32,831 nucleotides of DNA, taken from Octopus bimaculoides. Taxonomy: Eukaryota. Of the stretch, positions 1 through 12,120 are shown one piece after another. Position 1 is the stretch's first letter. Every line of letters begins with the position of its first letter. The notes under the pieces are model-generated. The model was not told the origin of the DNA and ran no database searches. It worked only from the letters and a program-made list of their open reading frames with translations. The stretch lies in contig NC_068982.1 of assembly GCF_001194135.2 (NCBI RefSeq), positions 95,049,405 to 95,082,235 on the forward strand. Direction: 5' to 3'. The translations under genes and the position numbers were made by a program.

Positions 1-24
1 TATATATATATATATATATGAATG

Positions 25-399
25 CAAAATATATAATTATATAAATGTAATTATAATAAGAGTCCTAATGAGTAGTGCCACATGCTAGAGATAGACACCA
101 AATAGCTCCGAGAACTATAATGCTTACCAAGCGAGGGAAGTGAACAGAAAAATATTTTTTTCAAATAGTGCTTAACTATCAATTTCCTAACTAATCAATT
201 TCCACTTCAGGGATGTAACTCCCTTTACCGTCATCAGTATGGTACAACTCAATGTACATAACTATAAACGTTTATATATACCCATATGAATATCACGTAT
301 CCACAAGGAGTGTAGTTCTTAAAGCCATTTGGCGTCTATTTCTAGCATGTGGTACTACTCATTAGTGCACTTATTATAATTATATAATTATATATTTTG
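25..399 (-). mobile_element. Fold-back element with ~90-bp inverted arms (25-118 / 312-399); possible PLE pseudo-LTR remnant or MITE
   Basis: ttataataagagtcctaatgagtagtgccacatgctagagatagacaccaaat...gagaactat (51-118) is a degenerate reverse complement of gtagttctt...atttggcgtctatttctagcatgtggtactactcattagtgcacttattataat (312-380). The spacer has CTGATGA...GAAA on the minus strand. (TA)n lies at 1-19. Confidence 0.6.
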
Positions 400-780
400 T
401 ATTAATTTTTATCTATATGGTTTTATTACATGCTGTCTACTTGATAAAATCTTATAAAGATTTTATACTTGATTATGTGTGTGTGGGTATTTGTGCGTGT
501 CTGTGTGTGCGCGTGTATCCGTGTGTTATATGAATAACGTAACGTTCTTTCCTTCTTCAATATTACTTATTTCAAATTATTGCTGAGTATTTTGTCGGTC
601 TGGAAATCATGATTCATTAATTTCAATCAATAAAGAATTTAATTAATATTGTTCATGATCTAATAAGCTTATGAGTTCTACCCATGAACGCTATTTGAAA
701 ATGGTAAAAGATGGATAATCATTTTGAAAAAACAGAAACTTTCATGCCACTGCAAAATAAATATTTTCGGGAGATATGAG

Positions 781-873
781 TATATACACACATACACACA
801 CATATGTGCACATACAGACGCATGCACTCACATACACTCACACACGCACGCACACACACACACGCACTCATAT

Positions 874-929
<56 letters not shown>

Positions 930-1120
930 TTAGATAGATAGATAGATACATGCATATTTTATATATATATATAAATGTATATATATATATATATATGTAT
1001 ATATATACGTGTGTGTATGCATATATATTATATTTATATATTTACGTATGTATGTACATATGTATGCGTGTATGTATGTCTCTATGTATGTATGTATGTA
1101 TCCATATAGACATACATACA

Positions 1121-1164
<44 letters not shown>

Positions 1165-1270
1165 TATATATATGTATATATATATGTATATATATATACA
1201 CACACACACACATATAAATATATATATTTAAAACGAACATAGATATGTACACACATATGTACATATATAG
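781..1270. repeat. Compound microsatellite (CA)n/(GATA)n/(TA)n/(TATG)n
   Basis: Directly visible; explains the spurious YI/HT/YLSI ORFs. Confidence 0.97.
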
Positions 1271-1750
1271 ATATAATTACTTCATGACAGACAAAAGCGC
1301 TCGTGATTCAACAATATAGAAAATTGATGAGGAAGCATGGAGAATTCTAACATACATATTCTAAACTTCCTATTTCATTTATATTTTGTTAAATCTTGAA
1401 AATTTTTGAATTTGATTGTTATAAAATTCCCATTTTATAAGCATGAAACATGCTTGAATAAATGATACATTAATTCCTTTACCTGTGCGAATTTCAGTTT
1501 TTAGAATTGTTAAGTTTCTTTTCACACGAGTATAGCACATATCTATGCTGTTTTTAATGCATTTCATTGGAAATTTTCAACTGCAATAAATGTCACATTC
1601 TTGAAAATACATATAATAAAACAGAAATAAACACATGCAAAAACCATGTGTTCGTTTGTGGATAGACATGTAAATCATTTATGCCACTGTATGTAAAGGA
1701 ATGTGTCAACGCATGAACGAATATAAACGATTTAATAAACGACAAATCGA

Positions 1751-1821
1751 GGCGTCTAGCTGGCAGAAGCGTTAGCACGCCGGGCGAAATGTGTGGCGGT
1801 ATTTTGTCTGTCTTTGAGTTC
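1751..1821 (+). mobile_element. tRNA-derived SINE, 5' head only (runs into a gap)
   Basis: ggcgtctagctggcagaagcgttagcacgccgggcgaaatg...gagttc matches the head of the copies at 20464 and 23867. Confidence 0.85.
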
Positions 1822-2585
1822 NNNNNNNNNNNNNNNNNNNNNNNNNNNNNNNNNNNNNNNNNNNNNNNNNNNNNNNNNNNNNNNNNNNNNNNNNNNNNNN
1901 NNNNNNNNNNNNNNNNNNNNNNNNNNNNNNNNNNNNNNNNNNNNNNNNNNNNNNNNNNNNNNNNNNNNNNNNNNNNNNNNNNNNNNNNNNNNNNNNNNNN
2001 NNNNNNNNNNNNNNNNNNNNNNNNNNNNNNNNNNNNNNNNNNNNNNNNNNNNNNNNNNNNNNNNNNNNNNNNNNNNNNNNNNNNNNNNNNNNNNNNNNNN
2101 NNNNNNNNNNNNNNNNNNNNNNNNNNNNNNNNNNNNNNNNNNNNNNNNNNNNNNNNNNNNNNNNNNNNNNNNNNNNNNNNNNNNNNNNNNNNNNNNNNNN
2201 NNNNNNNNNNNNNNNNNNNNNNNNNNNNNNNNNNNNNNNNNNNNNNNNNNNNNNNNNNNNNNNNNNNNNNNNNNNNNNNNNNNNNNNNNNNNNNNNNNNN
2301 NNNNNNNNNNNNNNNNNNNNNNNNNNNNNNNNNNNNNNNNNNNNNNNNNNNNNNNNNNNNNNNNNNNNNNNNNNNNNNNNNNNNNNNNNNNNNNNNNNNN
2401 NNNNNNNNNNNNNNNNNNNNNNNNNNNNNNNNNNNNNNNNNNNNNNNNNNNNNNNNNNNNNNNNNNNNNNNNNNNNNNNNNNNNNNNNNNNNNNNNNNNN
2501 NNNNNNNNNNNNNNNNNNNNNNNNNNNNNNNNNNNNNNNNNNNNNNNNNNNNNNNNNNNNNNNNNNNNNNNNNNNNNNNNNNNNN

Positions 2586-2615
2586 TATATATACATACAT
2601 ACATACATACATACA

Positions 2616-2646
<31 letters not shown>

Positions 2647-2660
2647 GTACATATATATAT
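2586..2660. repeat. (TACA)n microsatellite
   Basis: Directly visible after the gap. Confidence 0.97.
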
Positions 2661-3479
2661 TATTGGATAATAAAACGAATGGTTTACACCAGGTAGCTTA
2701 CTGGTAAAGTGCGATCACTTTCAGCGTGATCGTTACGTATATGGTATTCGACCTCTCCATTCTTATAAACATCAAGTAGTTATATAACTCTCTTCGTGAT
2801 GGTGAGAGCACCAAAACACACGTGTTCGTATGCTTACATTTTCGCGGATGCTTGTATGAACGCGTGTACTCGCGTCATGCAGCTTACGCGAGCGCGTTTA
2901 TACATCTATTTTGTTAATGGTTATTTCTGATACTTTTCTTGTTGTATTGTATGTTCGTTTCTTTTTTGAATCTGTGATTTTATTTTTGATCTTCCATGTA
3001 AATGAAGATATTTTCTTCATTTTGCTGATTTTCTTTCTGCGAAATGAGAAGATACATTGCGGAACTGTTATTTTAAAGAGTTGTGTCTATGTTATGACCC
3101 GATGAGATGCATCTGCACCGCTGGATGTTCCTGGACCAGTTGTTAAGTGTCTCATCCGTGGGGGATCGATGCTAGCTGTGTCAAAACAATTGTCGTGATT
3201 AATAACATTGTGCAACAAATATCAGGTTCAAAACAATTACAAGTTAAGTAAGACTTGTTTCTGGGTCAAAAAATTGTCCTCATTCTGATTTTGACCTTTA
3301 TTTCTCCAGATTAGGCACCGTTTTCCTGTACCATGAACCATATTTTTTATAATATACTGCATAATATTGCGTATTGAACACAACATTGCAAATACTGAAG
3401 GTTATTAAAAAACAAAACAAAAATTTAGTTGGTATAACAAAACATATATCGGTTATGAATTTAAAACACACCTGTCATT

Positions 3480-4812
3480 TTAAGCAACTTTTGTCCTTCT
3501 AAGCCTCTTGTGCGGGGTGTGATCTTTTCTTTTTACCCCAGCAGTAGTATGCCAGCATGCCAAGGTCCTATTTTCCTTTGAATCGTCGCTCCGTCACTGA
3601 AATATCTTGATGGAATCTTTCGCCATATTCATCACTCGTATCACCAAAATTTTCCGCCAAAAAATCCAGATGAGAGTGAAACACATGAACTTTTAGAGAC
3701 ATGTTACATCCTATATCATGATAATGACTCAGCAGATCATTCACAACTTGCACATTGTCTTCTGAACGATGGTTGCCCAGGACGTTATCGCAAACTTTCT
3801 TGAATGACGCAAAGGCAAGCTTCTGTTTTCTCCTGAGATGTGTGATGAAGGTTTCATCAAGTGCAATTTTTCGAATTTGGGGACCTATGAAGAAACCTTC
3901 TTTAATTTTAGCTTAACTCAGGGAAGGGAACTTTTCTGCAAGATATGCAAATGCGGAGGATTCCTAGTCCAAGGCTTTCACAAATTGCTTAAACAAACTA
4001 AGTTTAATATGCAAAGGTGGTAAAACAATTCTATCACTTTTCACAAGTCGTTTGTGCATGATGTTGTGTTTTCCTTGCTCAATTTCATCTCGGATCGGCC
4101 AATCCTTGCGTACATAATGTTCAGCTCTTGCTCTGGAATTCCATAAACGCAGGAAGCAGCAAAATTTAGTGTAGACAAGCTGAAGGCCAGTAAGCATGGC
4201 CACAACCTTAAAATCTGCACAAATCTGCCAGGTATGGTCATCACGCTGCATGCTTTTTAGAATCGCTTTCAGATTTTCATATGCTTCTTTCATGGTTGTG
4301 CTATAAGCTATGGGAACAGAAGGCAGAGTGGTACCATTGTGTATCAGAACAGCTTTGATGCTGTCCTTGGATGCATCTATGAAACGTTGCCAGTTGGTTT
4401 TATCATATGATATTTCGAGTTGCTCAAAAAGTTCAGTGATGTCATTACAAAAGCATAAGTCATCCTTCATGGTGAATAATGCAAGCAGATCCACTGTACG
4501 TTTTCTGTACAGTGTTCTCTTCACCCCTTTCTGAAGTAGATTACGTTTTTGAAGCCTTGGCACCAGAAACTCACTTTTCTCTTTGGTTAAATAGAAATCC
4601 CAGCTCAAGTCATTTAGAGCCTCTTGAGAAAATGGTATTGGTTTATTCTCGGTTCTGGAGCATTGGGCTCCACACATTCACCAGTGGAATGTTGATCAGC
4701 ACTGATAGAATTCGGCATTTCTTGATCGGGAAGTTTGGGTACTGGTAAATTTTCTGAGTGCTCTACCGGGCGCATTGCTGATTGCAAATTTGGGTAAACA
4801 ATGTGGTTTCTG
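3480..4812 (-). pseudogene. Degenerate DDE DNA transposase, Chapaev-3 (CMC)-like
   Basis: Stitched minus-strand translation: ..IVYPNLQSAMRPVEHS..PFSQEALNDL..RFIDASKDSIKAVLIHNG..WQICADFKVVAML..CCFL..LPPLHIKLSLFKQFVKALD*..YLAEKFPSLS*AKIKEG..GCNMSLKVHVFHSHLDFL..SDEYGERFHQDI..FKGK*. It has several stops and frameshifts. The family name comes from recalled motifs, not a search. Confidence 0.8.
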
Positions 4813-5630
4813 CCAAATAAAATGTCTGGTTCACAGTTTGATCAGGAGGAACAAATTCTGCGTGGACAATTCCTTTCGCATCGATAAAGCAAATCAGCGT
4901 TGACTTGACATTGGACTTCACTTGACGCGCTTATTTTGTTGGGGTGGGGAGTGATGACATTGAATGCTTCCATTAATTTGATCACTGTTTCGTTTCCGGG
5001 TCGTAGCTGTAGCACCAGATTTTGTCACCAGTGATGACCTTTGGAAGAAGATTCGGATCAAATTCCAACTGTCTTTTTTTTTTTTTCAGTTAACGATACG
5101 CATTCATTTTAGATCTTCCGTAAGCAAGCGTTGCACCAATTTTGCTACAACAGTTTTCAGGAGCTCCAGGACACATCAGTCATATAAGCAAGTTCGTCAA
5201 TTGTTCAGCAATTGTCCTCCAAGGCTAGTTCATGAATTTCATGATGTTTTCATTCGTTCGAGAGGTCGTCAGTGGCCCTGAACGAGGTTGGTCTTCAAGT
5301 GACATATGATTATTCCTAAAGCGTTAAAACTACTGGTAAACTTGTGTTTTGTTCATGGTAGCATCCTTCTAAGCTGTTTGAAGCATTACAACTGTTTTGA
5401 CTGCGGTTTTCCGCACCAGAAAGCAGAATTTCACGGAAGTACGTTGTTCTTTCGTTTCAGCCACTGCTAAAATCGACGTACTGAGGAGAAGCACTGCAAA
5501 ACAAAGACGCACCACGTGGCAGTACGACTTCATTCGACAACGCCTGTTGGTAGACTGATGCCTGAGGGTCGCATCAAGTGGTTTATAGTAGCAGAAGCAT
5601 AATCTACAACGGTCTTGGGTACCCCTCGTA
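4813..5630 (-). mobile_element. mariner transposon, 5' half (terminus plus degenerate transposase to mid-catalytic domain)
   Basis: The terminus reads TA-CGAGGGG at 5630. Translation from GTG at 5464: AETKEQRTSVKFCF..SLEDQPRSG..SRTNENI..KVITGDKIWCYSYDPETKQ..WK..ARQVKSNVKSTLICFIDAKGIVHAEFVPPDQTVNQTFYL, then an abrupt end. These are classic mariner motifs (ITGDE, YDPE), with multiple stops. Confidence 0.92.
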
Positions 5631-6904
5631 TTTGCTAAACGCTACATATGCTACTTCTTAAGAGATTGACTCGACTCCGTGTAACCTAGATTGTCACTGG
5701 CTTGTGAAGTGAACCTATCTTGTCAGACTTGAGACAACTTCGTTTGCCGAGCCTACTGTCATAAAAGAAGCATGGAGCAGTGTCAGATTGATATTCAATA
5801 AGGTGTGAGTGTGTGTTCGTGTGTGTGCGTGTGTGTGTGTCTGTCTGTTAGTGTGTGTGTGTGTGTGTGTATTCAAACGCAACTAGATACATACACACAC
5901 ATGTCTATCCGTATACATCTACACGTATCTTTTGATTTAAAGGGTATTATTAAGGTATTACTATATTCAAGTTTACCGTTTTATTAAGGATTTATTTTAT
6001 CTTCCATTATTTTATGAAGCAATGATGTAAAGAAATCCATCAACATTTTGTGGTTTCCGGTTTTGTATTTTTCATGAAGCGTTTACTCGACACTTTTGTT
6101 ATTGATGTGTAATAGCAGGGTGCCTACTACAAAACATAAATAAAATATGCATCGAATAAATAGTTCTCAAGAATCATGTTGCATTGATGATTTTATCACA
6201 ACTTTTGCAATTATTCATCGTTGATGTTAGGATTCTATAAAACAGCTAGGATTAAATGTAGTTTGGTCCTAGATTGCGCTATATATGTGTTGTATCCTAA
6301 TATTAAAATAGTTTCTATGAGTAATCTTTTGATCATGGTAGAATAAAATATATAAGATAGTTGTGTTACTAATGATGTGCTTCCAGCTAGTGATTTTTTT
6401 CATTGTACAATGTGCCGTGATGCTACACATACGTACATAAAAAATCACCTGGAACATGTTCTCCTATGTACAATGCTAATGTTATAATATGCATTGTACT
6501 GTTTTTATGTAATCTCTTAACTTGTTTTACTTAAATTTTTCATTAAATTCTCGGTACACATACTACAGATTAGTATTCATGCAGGTCCAAATTGTGTGTT
6601 GTGATCTATGATTCTCATTATTAAAGTAATAGGGTGTGTAGATATATACATACTATAATTTTAGTGTGGTAAATATATATATATAAAGAAAAGGTAATTG
6701 CATATAAAAAATTTTAATGGGTGTAAATGTGGAAGTGAAGCCGACGGAATTAGTTGCAGAAGTGACACGAGACTGATGTCTTAACTGGTTCTTGTGTCAA
6801 AGGCGGCACATGGTGTGCTCATTATGGACTTGACTACTTCGAAAAAGTAGACAATGCAAGCTTGAAACGAAACAGGAATAGTGAAAGTATGCGAAGGAAA
6901 CTAA

Positions 6905-7383
6905 GGGACAGTTGACATTGCCGTAGCGGAAGATTATTCTCTCTCCAAAGCACTGCCGTAACAACTGCATTGTTTCTCTTGCGGTATGAGCAGTTGACCC
7001 ATTTCGCTGGAACCATGTTTGAGGTCTACTTTGAATGGCCTTCATGTTCCTCAGACTTGACTATATTTTTCTTGTGGGGATACCTAAAAGTGAGGATTTA
7101 CGTCAACAAACCGGAGACCCTGGTGCAACTGAAGAACATCAATAGACAAATCAGAGAAGTGAGGTCTGAAAATTTGAGGGTGTTGTGGTGCAAATTATGG
7201 AAAGAGCAATGGCTTCTATTTTAAGGGATATCATTTTTCATCTGTGATGTAGTGGTGTTGCAAAATTGGATTGTGGATATTAATTTCTATTATGTCCTTT
7301 TATATTGTATCAAACTTTCATGCATTTATTTGTAAATTTAAGGAAGTTATTGAACCCAACAGGGACTTTTGGGACACCCTGTA
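6905..7383 (+). mobile_element. Tc1/mariner-superfamily remnant (3' part and right terminus) with an inverted internal segment
   Basis: Plus strand from ~7034: WPSCSSDLT-IFFLWGYLKVRIYVNKPETL (WPxxSPDL motif). Minus strand 7033-6905: WFQRNGSTAHTARETMQLLRQCFGERIIFRYGNVN (WFQQDGATAHT motif). The terminus is GGGACACCCTG-TA at 7383. Confidence 0.85.
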
Positions 7384-7668
7384 CCATCATAGATATCAGC
7401 TACCCTGCAAATATAAATATCTCCTTGAAAATAATAGAAAAAGATGATATCTACGGACAACTGCTTCTAAACCTCCAGTTTCTATATCCAGACAATGAAT
7501 TCGTATTCATACCAATACTAATTGGAGCACTAGGTTTTGTTAGTAAATGCTGAAAGGAGAATCTGGATAGACTGAATTTTCAGAAAGAGAAATCGACCGA
7601 CTAATTCGTACATTAATCTGTGAGTGGAGCAGTAAAAATATACATGACTTTTCTCAAGTTCCAAATGT
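7384..7668 (+). mobile_element. 3' fragment of a non-LTR retrotransposon with a restriction-like endonuclease (R2/R4/NeSL group)
   Basis: TIIDISYPANINISLKIIEKDDIYGQLLLNLQFLYPDNEFVFIPILIGALGFVSKC*KENLDRLNF..REIDRLIRTL..VKIYMTFLKF fits the REL C-terminal pattern (IID-x-S-x-P..K..KY..L..PI-x-IGALG). Confidence 0.75.
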
Positions 7669-9219
7669 CAATTCGTCTGTGTTAACTACACCCCAAAAAA
7701 TGGAGCCTTGTATTTTTATTGGAAACTGGCTCCCCGCTCAGTGGAAGATTTGAAATAATTAAAAAATACAAGAGACATACATGTATACACGCACGCACAT
7801 ATGTATACACATACAAACGCGTGCGCACAGACATACATATCCAATAAGTGTTTATTAGACAGGAAAAAAAACAGATACTCTTATATGAAGCAATATAGTA
7901 AGTGTATTACTCATACAGTATTATAAATTTAGTCTTATAACAGCTAATCTATGTTACCAAAAGGTGTCGTATCAATGAATCTTCCATAAATAGAAAGGTA
8001 AGTTAACTCATGGTCTCTTTAATCTGCACACTTAAGAAAGGGCAAATTTTTAAAATAGGAACAAACGCTAACTAAACGACAGACATCACAGGAGCTGCTA
8101 TGTATGGGGCTGTAGTAATATCAAAGGATCACAAACGGGGGTGGTACAAATCCTCTTATATTATCCAATAAAGGCGTAACGTAAACAACATTGGCGAAAT
8201 ATGTGATACCGGACTTGTATGGTGTATACTTCGAAGATTAAAATGCTTGATCATAATGCCAGAAAAAAAAGCATTAGAACTGCAGCTCAGATGTATATAT
8301 TATTAAATAGCCATGTTTAATGTTGAGGTCAATACTCTTAAAAATAATAATCTTATTAACAATAAAGTCAGAGTATTAGATAATTAACTGAAATTTATCG
8401 GAAACGATAAATCAAAATGAGAAAGGAATAATTTCCAAATATTTAAAATATCAACAAATTAAATGCAAAAGGCACAGAGAAGAACAATCAAATTGAAAAG
8501 TCTATAACTTTTAGTGAAATCTAGGCGTGTAAATAAACATTATCTATGTCTCTATGAATCATGTGGCATTTCGACCACTTCTACTGCTACTGTAGACTGT
8601 CATGACAATTGGTATTCTGCAACGGATACCAATTCCAGTTAATAGCAATATCAGAAGAAGAAATATAATTCTCACGTGAAACTAAGTACGATAAATTGAT
8701 GTCGATATTGATCAAGAGATCTGTAGGATAGATGATTTGTCCAGCAGATCTGTAACAAATTGTAAAAACTCATCAGTCGCCTGAATGATCAACAAGCTCT
8801 GGATTAGTAAAAGATCGAAATTTCGGCTTCATGTATATGACTACGAAGGATGTTTGCATATGTGCTCACGCTCGCAAAAACACACACACACACGCGCACA
8901 CAGGTACACAAATGTAAATATATACATGATTTAAATTATGTGTAGAAGCAGATATGGCTTGTAGTTTAGGCGAATCATTTAGTCAGCCGGACACACACTG
9001 GTTGTAGTTCACTTCTGTTTGCTCATCAATTTACTAATTACTTAAGCTATTAGTTAAATGGTCTGTTATGGTCTCATCGCTACATCCTGTCATCTTATTG
9101 ATTGCATGACCTTCGTGCAATCACCTAGTGCTAGTGTACGCATACTCCATAAACCGTGCTAATTTCTTCAAATGTAAGAGTGTGCATTTGTGTTTTGGTA
9201 TTTATAATTTATAAAATGT

Positions 9220-9580
9220 GCGTGTGTGTGTGTATGTGCGTTTATTTGTGTGTGCGTGTATGTAACTGTATGTGCATGTGAGAGACAGTTATGTGTATGT
9301 CTTGGTTTGTGTGTGCCTGTGCGTTTGTAATTGTAAATGTAATGGTAGCATTATGTGTTCTTTGGAGTACGACGTGACTATATATGTGTGTGGGTGTGAC
9401 ATCTTTTGCTTCTTTTGGTTTCGCTTTCGATTTTGTATTCATTATATGCGCGCGCGCACATACACACGTGCGTACACACGCACATACGCGCGCACAAACA
9501 AACACACATACACACACGAAAAATACGCACACACACTCACATAAACACACAAACACGCACACATATATACGCAACTCCAT
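9220..9580. repeat. Compound (GT)n/(CA)n low-complexity region
   Basis: Directly visible; source of the spurious CV/TH ORFs. Confidence 0.9.
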
Positions 9581-9929
9581 GTCCATACATATATCTTTGT
9601 TTGTTTTTGCTACTTTTATTGCTCCATCAAGCGTTTTGTCATATATGACTTATTGTTATCTGTTAATGCGTGCCGACCTTTAGCACCTAATAGCTTATTA
9701 TCTGTTTCTTTTATTAAAGTCATCTTTGTGCTTCGCCATTACAATACATAACTGTACATACCCATGGGTATTTATCGATATTCATTTATTTAATAGGTAC
9801 ACAATATTTGTATCAACAATAGAGGACTATACAACATTACTAAACAGGACAATCAAATGATCACTCCCATGTTGTTTCGAATAGTCGATGACCAGATAAT
9901 TCTGATTTCTGCTGATGAAAATTTTTGCG

Positions 9930-9964
<35 letters not shown>

Positions 9965-9989
9965 GTGACAATTATTCGGTAGCCATGAA

Positions 9990-11393
9990 AAAAAACTCTA
10001 AATTTCGGATGGCAGAGCGGAAACCCACGCCGTCATCTCCTCGATTATCTGGCCATCGAAAAAAATGCTATGAAAATGACCGTTAAACAAAGGGAAATTA
10101 CTGTGTGATTGACCGTTATTAAGAGAAAAGAGCTATTAGAATGACCGGTAAGTGAGGGGAGGGAGTAAAGGTAAGGGAGTGAAAATGTCCATAGTATTCG
10201 CGTAAGCGCACCAGTCCATACATACACATGTGCGCCCGCATACCCACGTACATGCGCCTATATGTATATACTCATCCACCCTCGCTTAAAACACACACAT
10301 GCTCACCCACACATTCACCAAAAAATATATATGCATACCCGCATTCACGCTCGCACACACACACACACGCGGAACACGCTCACACACATACACACGCGCA
10401 CAAAAAAGGTTCATACACTCGTCTATATACGTACATGCCCAAGAAACAACAGGGCTAAAAGCAAAATACAGAAAAATGTGTAAAAAAGTGTAAAAAAACA
10501 ATAAGGGTAAAACACGTCTATATACGCACTTTCTCGCATGCACGCACACACACACGTCTATATACGCACACACGCACACATCCACAGGCGCGCACAAAAG
10601 GTTCCATGTGCACGTCTATATACGCACAGGAAAAATGCAGAGTGGAAGGTAGAATACAGAAAAACTATGGGTAAAAATATATAAAACAATATCTATAAAT
10701 ATGTAAAAAAAAATATAAAAATATATAAGAAATATAAGTAAAAAGTATACAGAGATAAAAAAAAATCTTGCACATAGGCATAATATAGAAAGCAAGTCCT
10801 ATATGAAATCTCGGGGGGACCAAAAACGTAATAAATATTTAGCCACATGTGGACATGATCCGGAAAGTTCAGTTCTTGAATTTAGACATGTGGTGGGGTC
10901 CAAGCTGCCTTTCCAGATGAGCCATCTTTCCATATCACAAAGACCGCACTTTCCGCTGCCGTTGGTGTAAGGCTTACACTTCGCTAAGATTTTCCAATGG
11001 ATGTTGTAACTGACACCTTTATCTTTTAAGGATCATATATGATTGGATAATTTGGTCGTTTTCCTTTTATTCCAGTGCCTGAAGCGCTAGATGTGATTAT
11101 TGAACCTGGTCTTGAAATTACCCCGCATTTTTCCTGTGCGTATATAGACGTGCACATAGAACCTTTTGTGCGCGCTTGTGGATGTGGGGGAGTGAGGGTA
11201 CGTGCGTATATAGACGTGTGTGTGTGTGCGTGCATACGAGAATGTGCTTATATAGACATGTTTTACCCTTATTGCTTTTTCACACTTTTTTAATCTTTTC
11301 TCTGTATTTTAGCCCTGTTTTTTTCTTGTGCATGTGCGTATATAGACGTGTGTATGAAACTTTTGCGCGCTTGTGCATGTGTGCGAGGGTGTT
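9990..11393 (-). mobile_element. 5'-truncated PLE with an inverted pseudo-LTR (arms ~10385-10637 / ~11123-11393+)
   Basis: cacaaaaaaggttcatacac..cagggctaaaa..gtctatatacgcacaggaaaaatgc (10390-10639) is the reverse complement of gcattttcctgtgcgtatatagac..ttttagccctg..gtatgaaacttttgcgcg (11124-11370). The arms enclose the EN tail. (TA)n lies at ~9922-9962. The left boundary is approximate. Confidence 0.7.
10785..11107 (-). pseudogene. C-terminal GIY-YIG endonuclease fragment of a Penelope-like element
   Basis: Minus translation: NFKTRFNNHI*RFRHWNKRKTTKLSNHIY-LKDKGVSYNIHWKILAKCKPYTNGSGKCGLCDMERWLIWKGSLDPTTCLNSRTELSGSCPHVAKYLLRF. This matches the PLE EN tail pattern FK.R..NH..SF..T.LS.HIW.LK..I.W.IL..CxLC..EK..LN.R.E..C.H. 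It is not in the ORF track because of a stop and a frameshift. Confidence 0.85.
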
Positions 11394-11944
11394 NNNNNNN
11401 NNNNNNNNNNNNNNNNNNNNNNNNNNNNNNNNNNNNNNNNNNNNNNNNNNNNNNNNNNNNNNNNNNNNNNNNNNNNNNNNNNNNNNNNNNNNNNNNNNNN
11501 NNNNNNNNNNNNNNNNNNNNNNNNNNNNNNNNNNNNNNNNNNNNNNNNNNNNNNNNNNNNNNNNNNNNNNNNNNNNNNNNNNNNNNNNNNNNNNNNNNNN
11601 NNNNNNNNNNNNNNNNNNNNNNNNNNNNNNNNNNNNNNNNNNNNNNNNNNNNNNNNNNNNNNNNNNNNNNNNNNNNNNNNNNNNNNNNNNNNNNNNNNNN
11701 NNNNNNNNNNNNNNNNNNNNNNNNNNNNNNNNNNNNNNNNNNNNNNNNNNNNNNNNNNNNNNNNNNNNNNNNNNNNNNNNNNNNNNNNNNNNNNNNNNNN
11801 NNNNNNNNNNNNNNNNNNNNNNNNNNNNNNNNNNNNNNNNNNNNNNNNNNNNNNNNNNNNNNNNNNNNNNNNNNNNNNNNNNNNNNNNNNNNNNNNNNNN
11901 NNNNNNNNNNNNNNNNNNNNNNNNNNNNNNNNNNAAAGATGAGA

Positions 11945-11958
11945 CAAATAAGATAGAT

Positions 11959-12029
<71 letters not shown>

Positions 12030-12120
12030 TAGACAGGCAGACAGACAGACAGACAGACAGACATATAGATAGATAGATAGATAGATAGAGATGGATAGAG
12101 AGGTATAGATAGGGAGATAT
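11945..12120. repeat. (GATA)n/(GACA)n microsatellite
   Basis: Directly visible. Confidence 0.97.

Noticed and set aside
719-1264. Microsatellite-derived ORFs (YI/HT/CV/SL-rich), here and across the window
   Set aside because: They are translations of di- and tetranucleotide repeats.
3204-5785. TIR pair for the Chapaev-like element (cattgtgcaac at ~3205 versus ggagcagtg at ~5780)
   Set aside because: They match only at the outermost bases and no TSD could be shown.
9995-10045. Functional hammerhead at the 3' end of the 10-11 kb PLE
   Set aside because: The core reads GAGATGA (the conserved C3 and U4 are lost) and stem I is absent; kept only as a possible relic.
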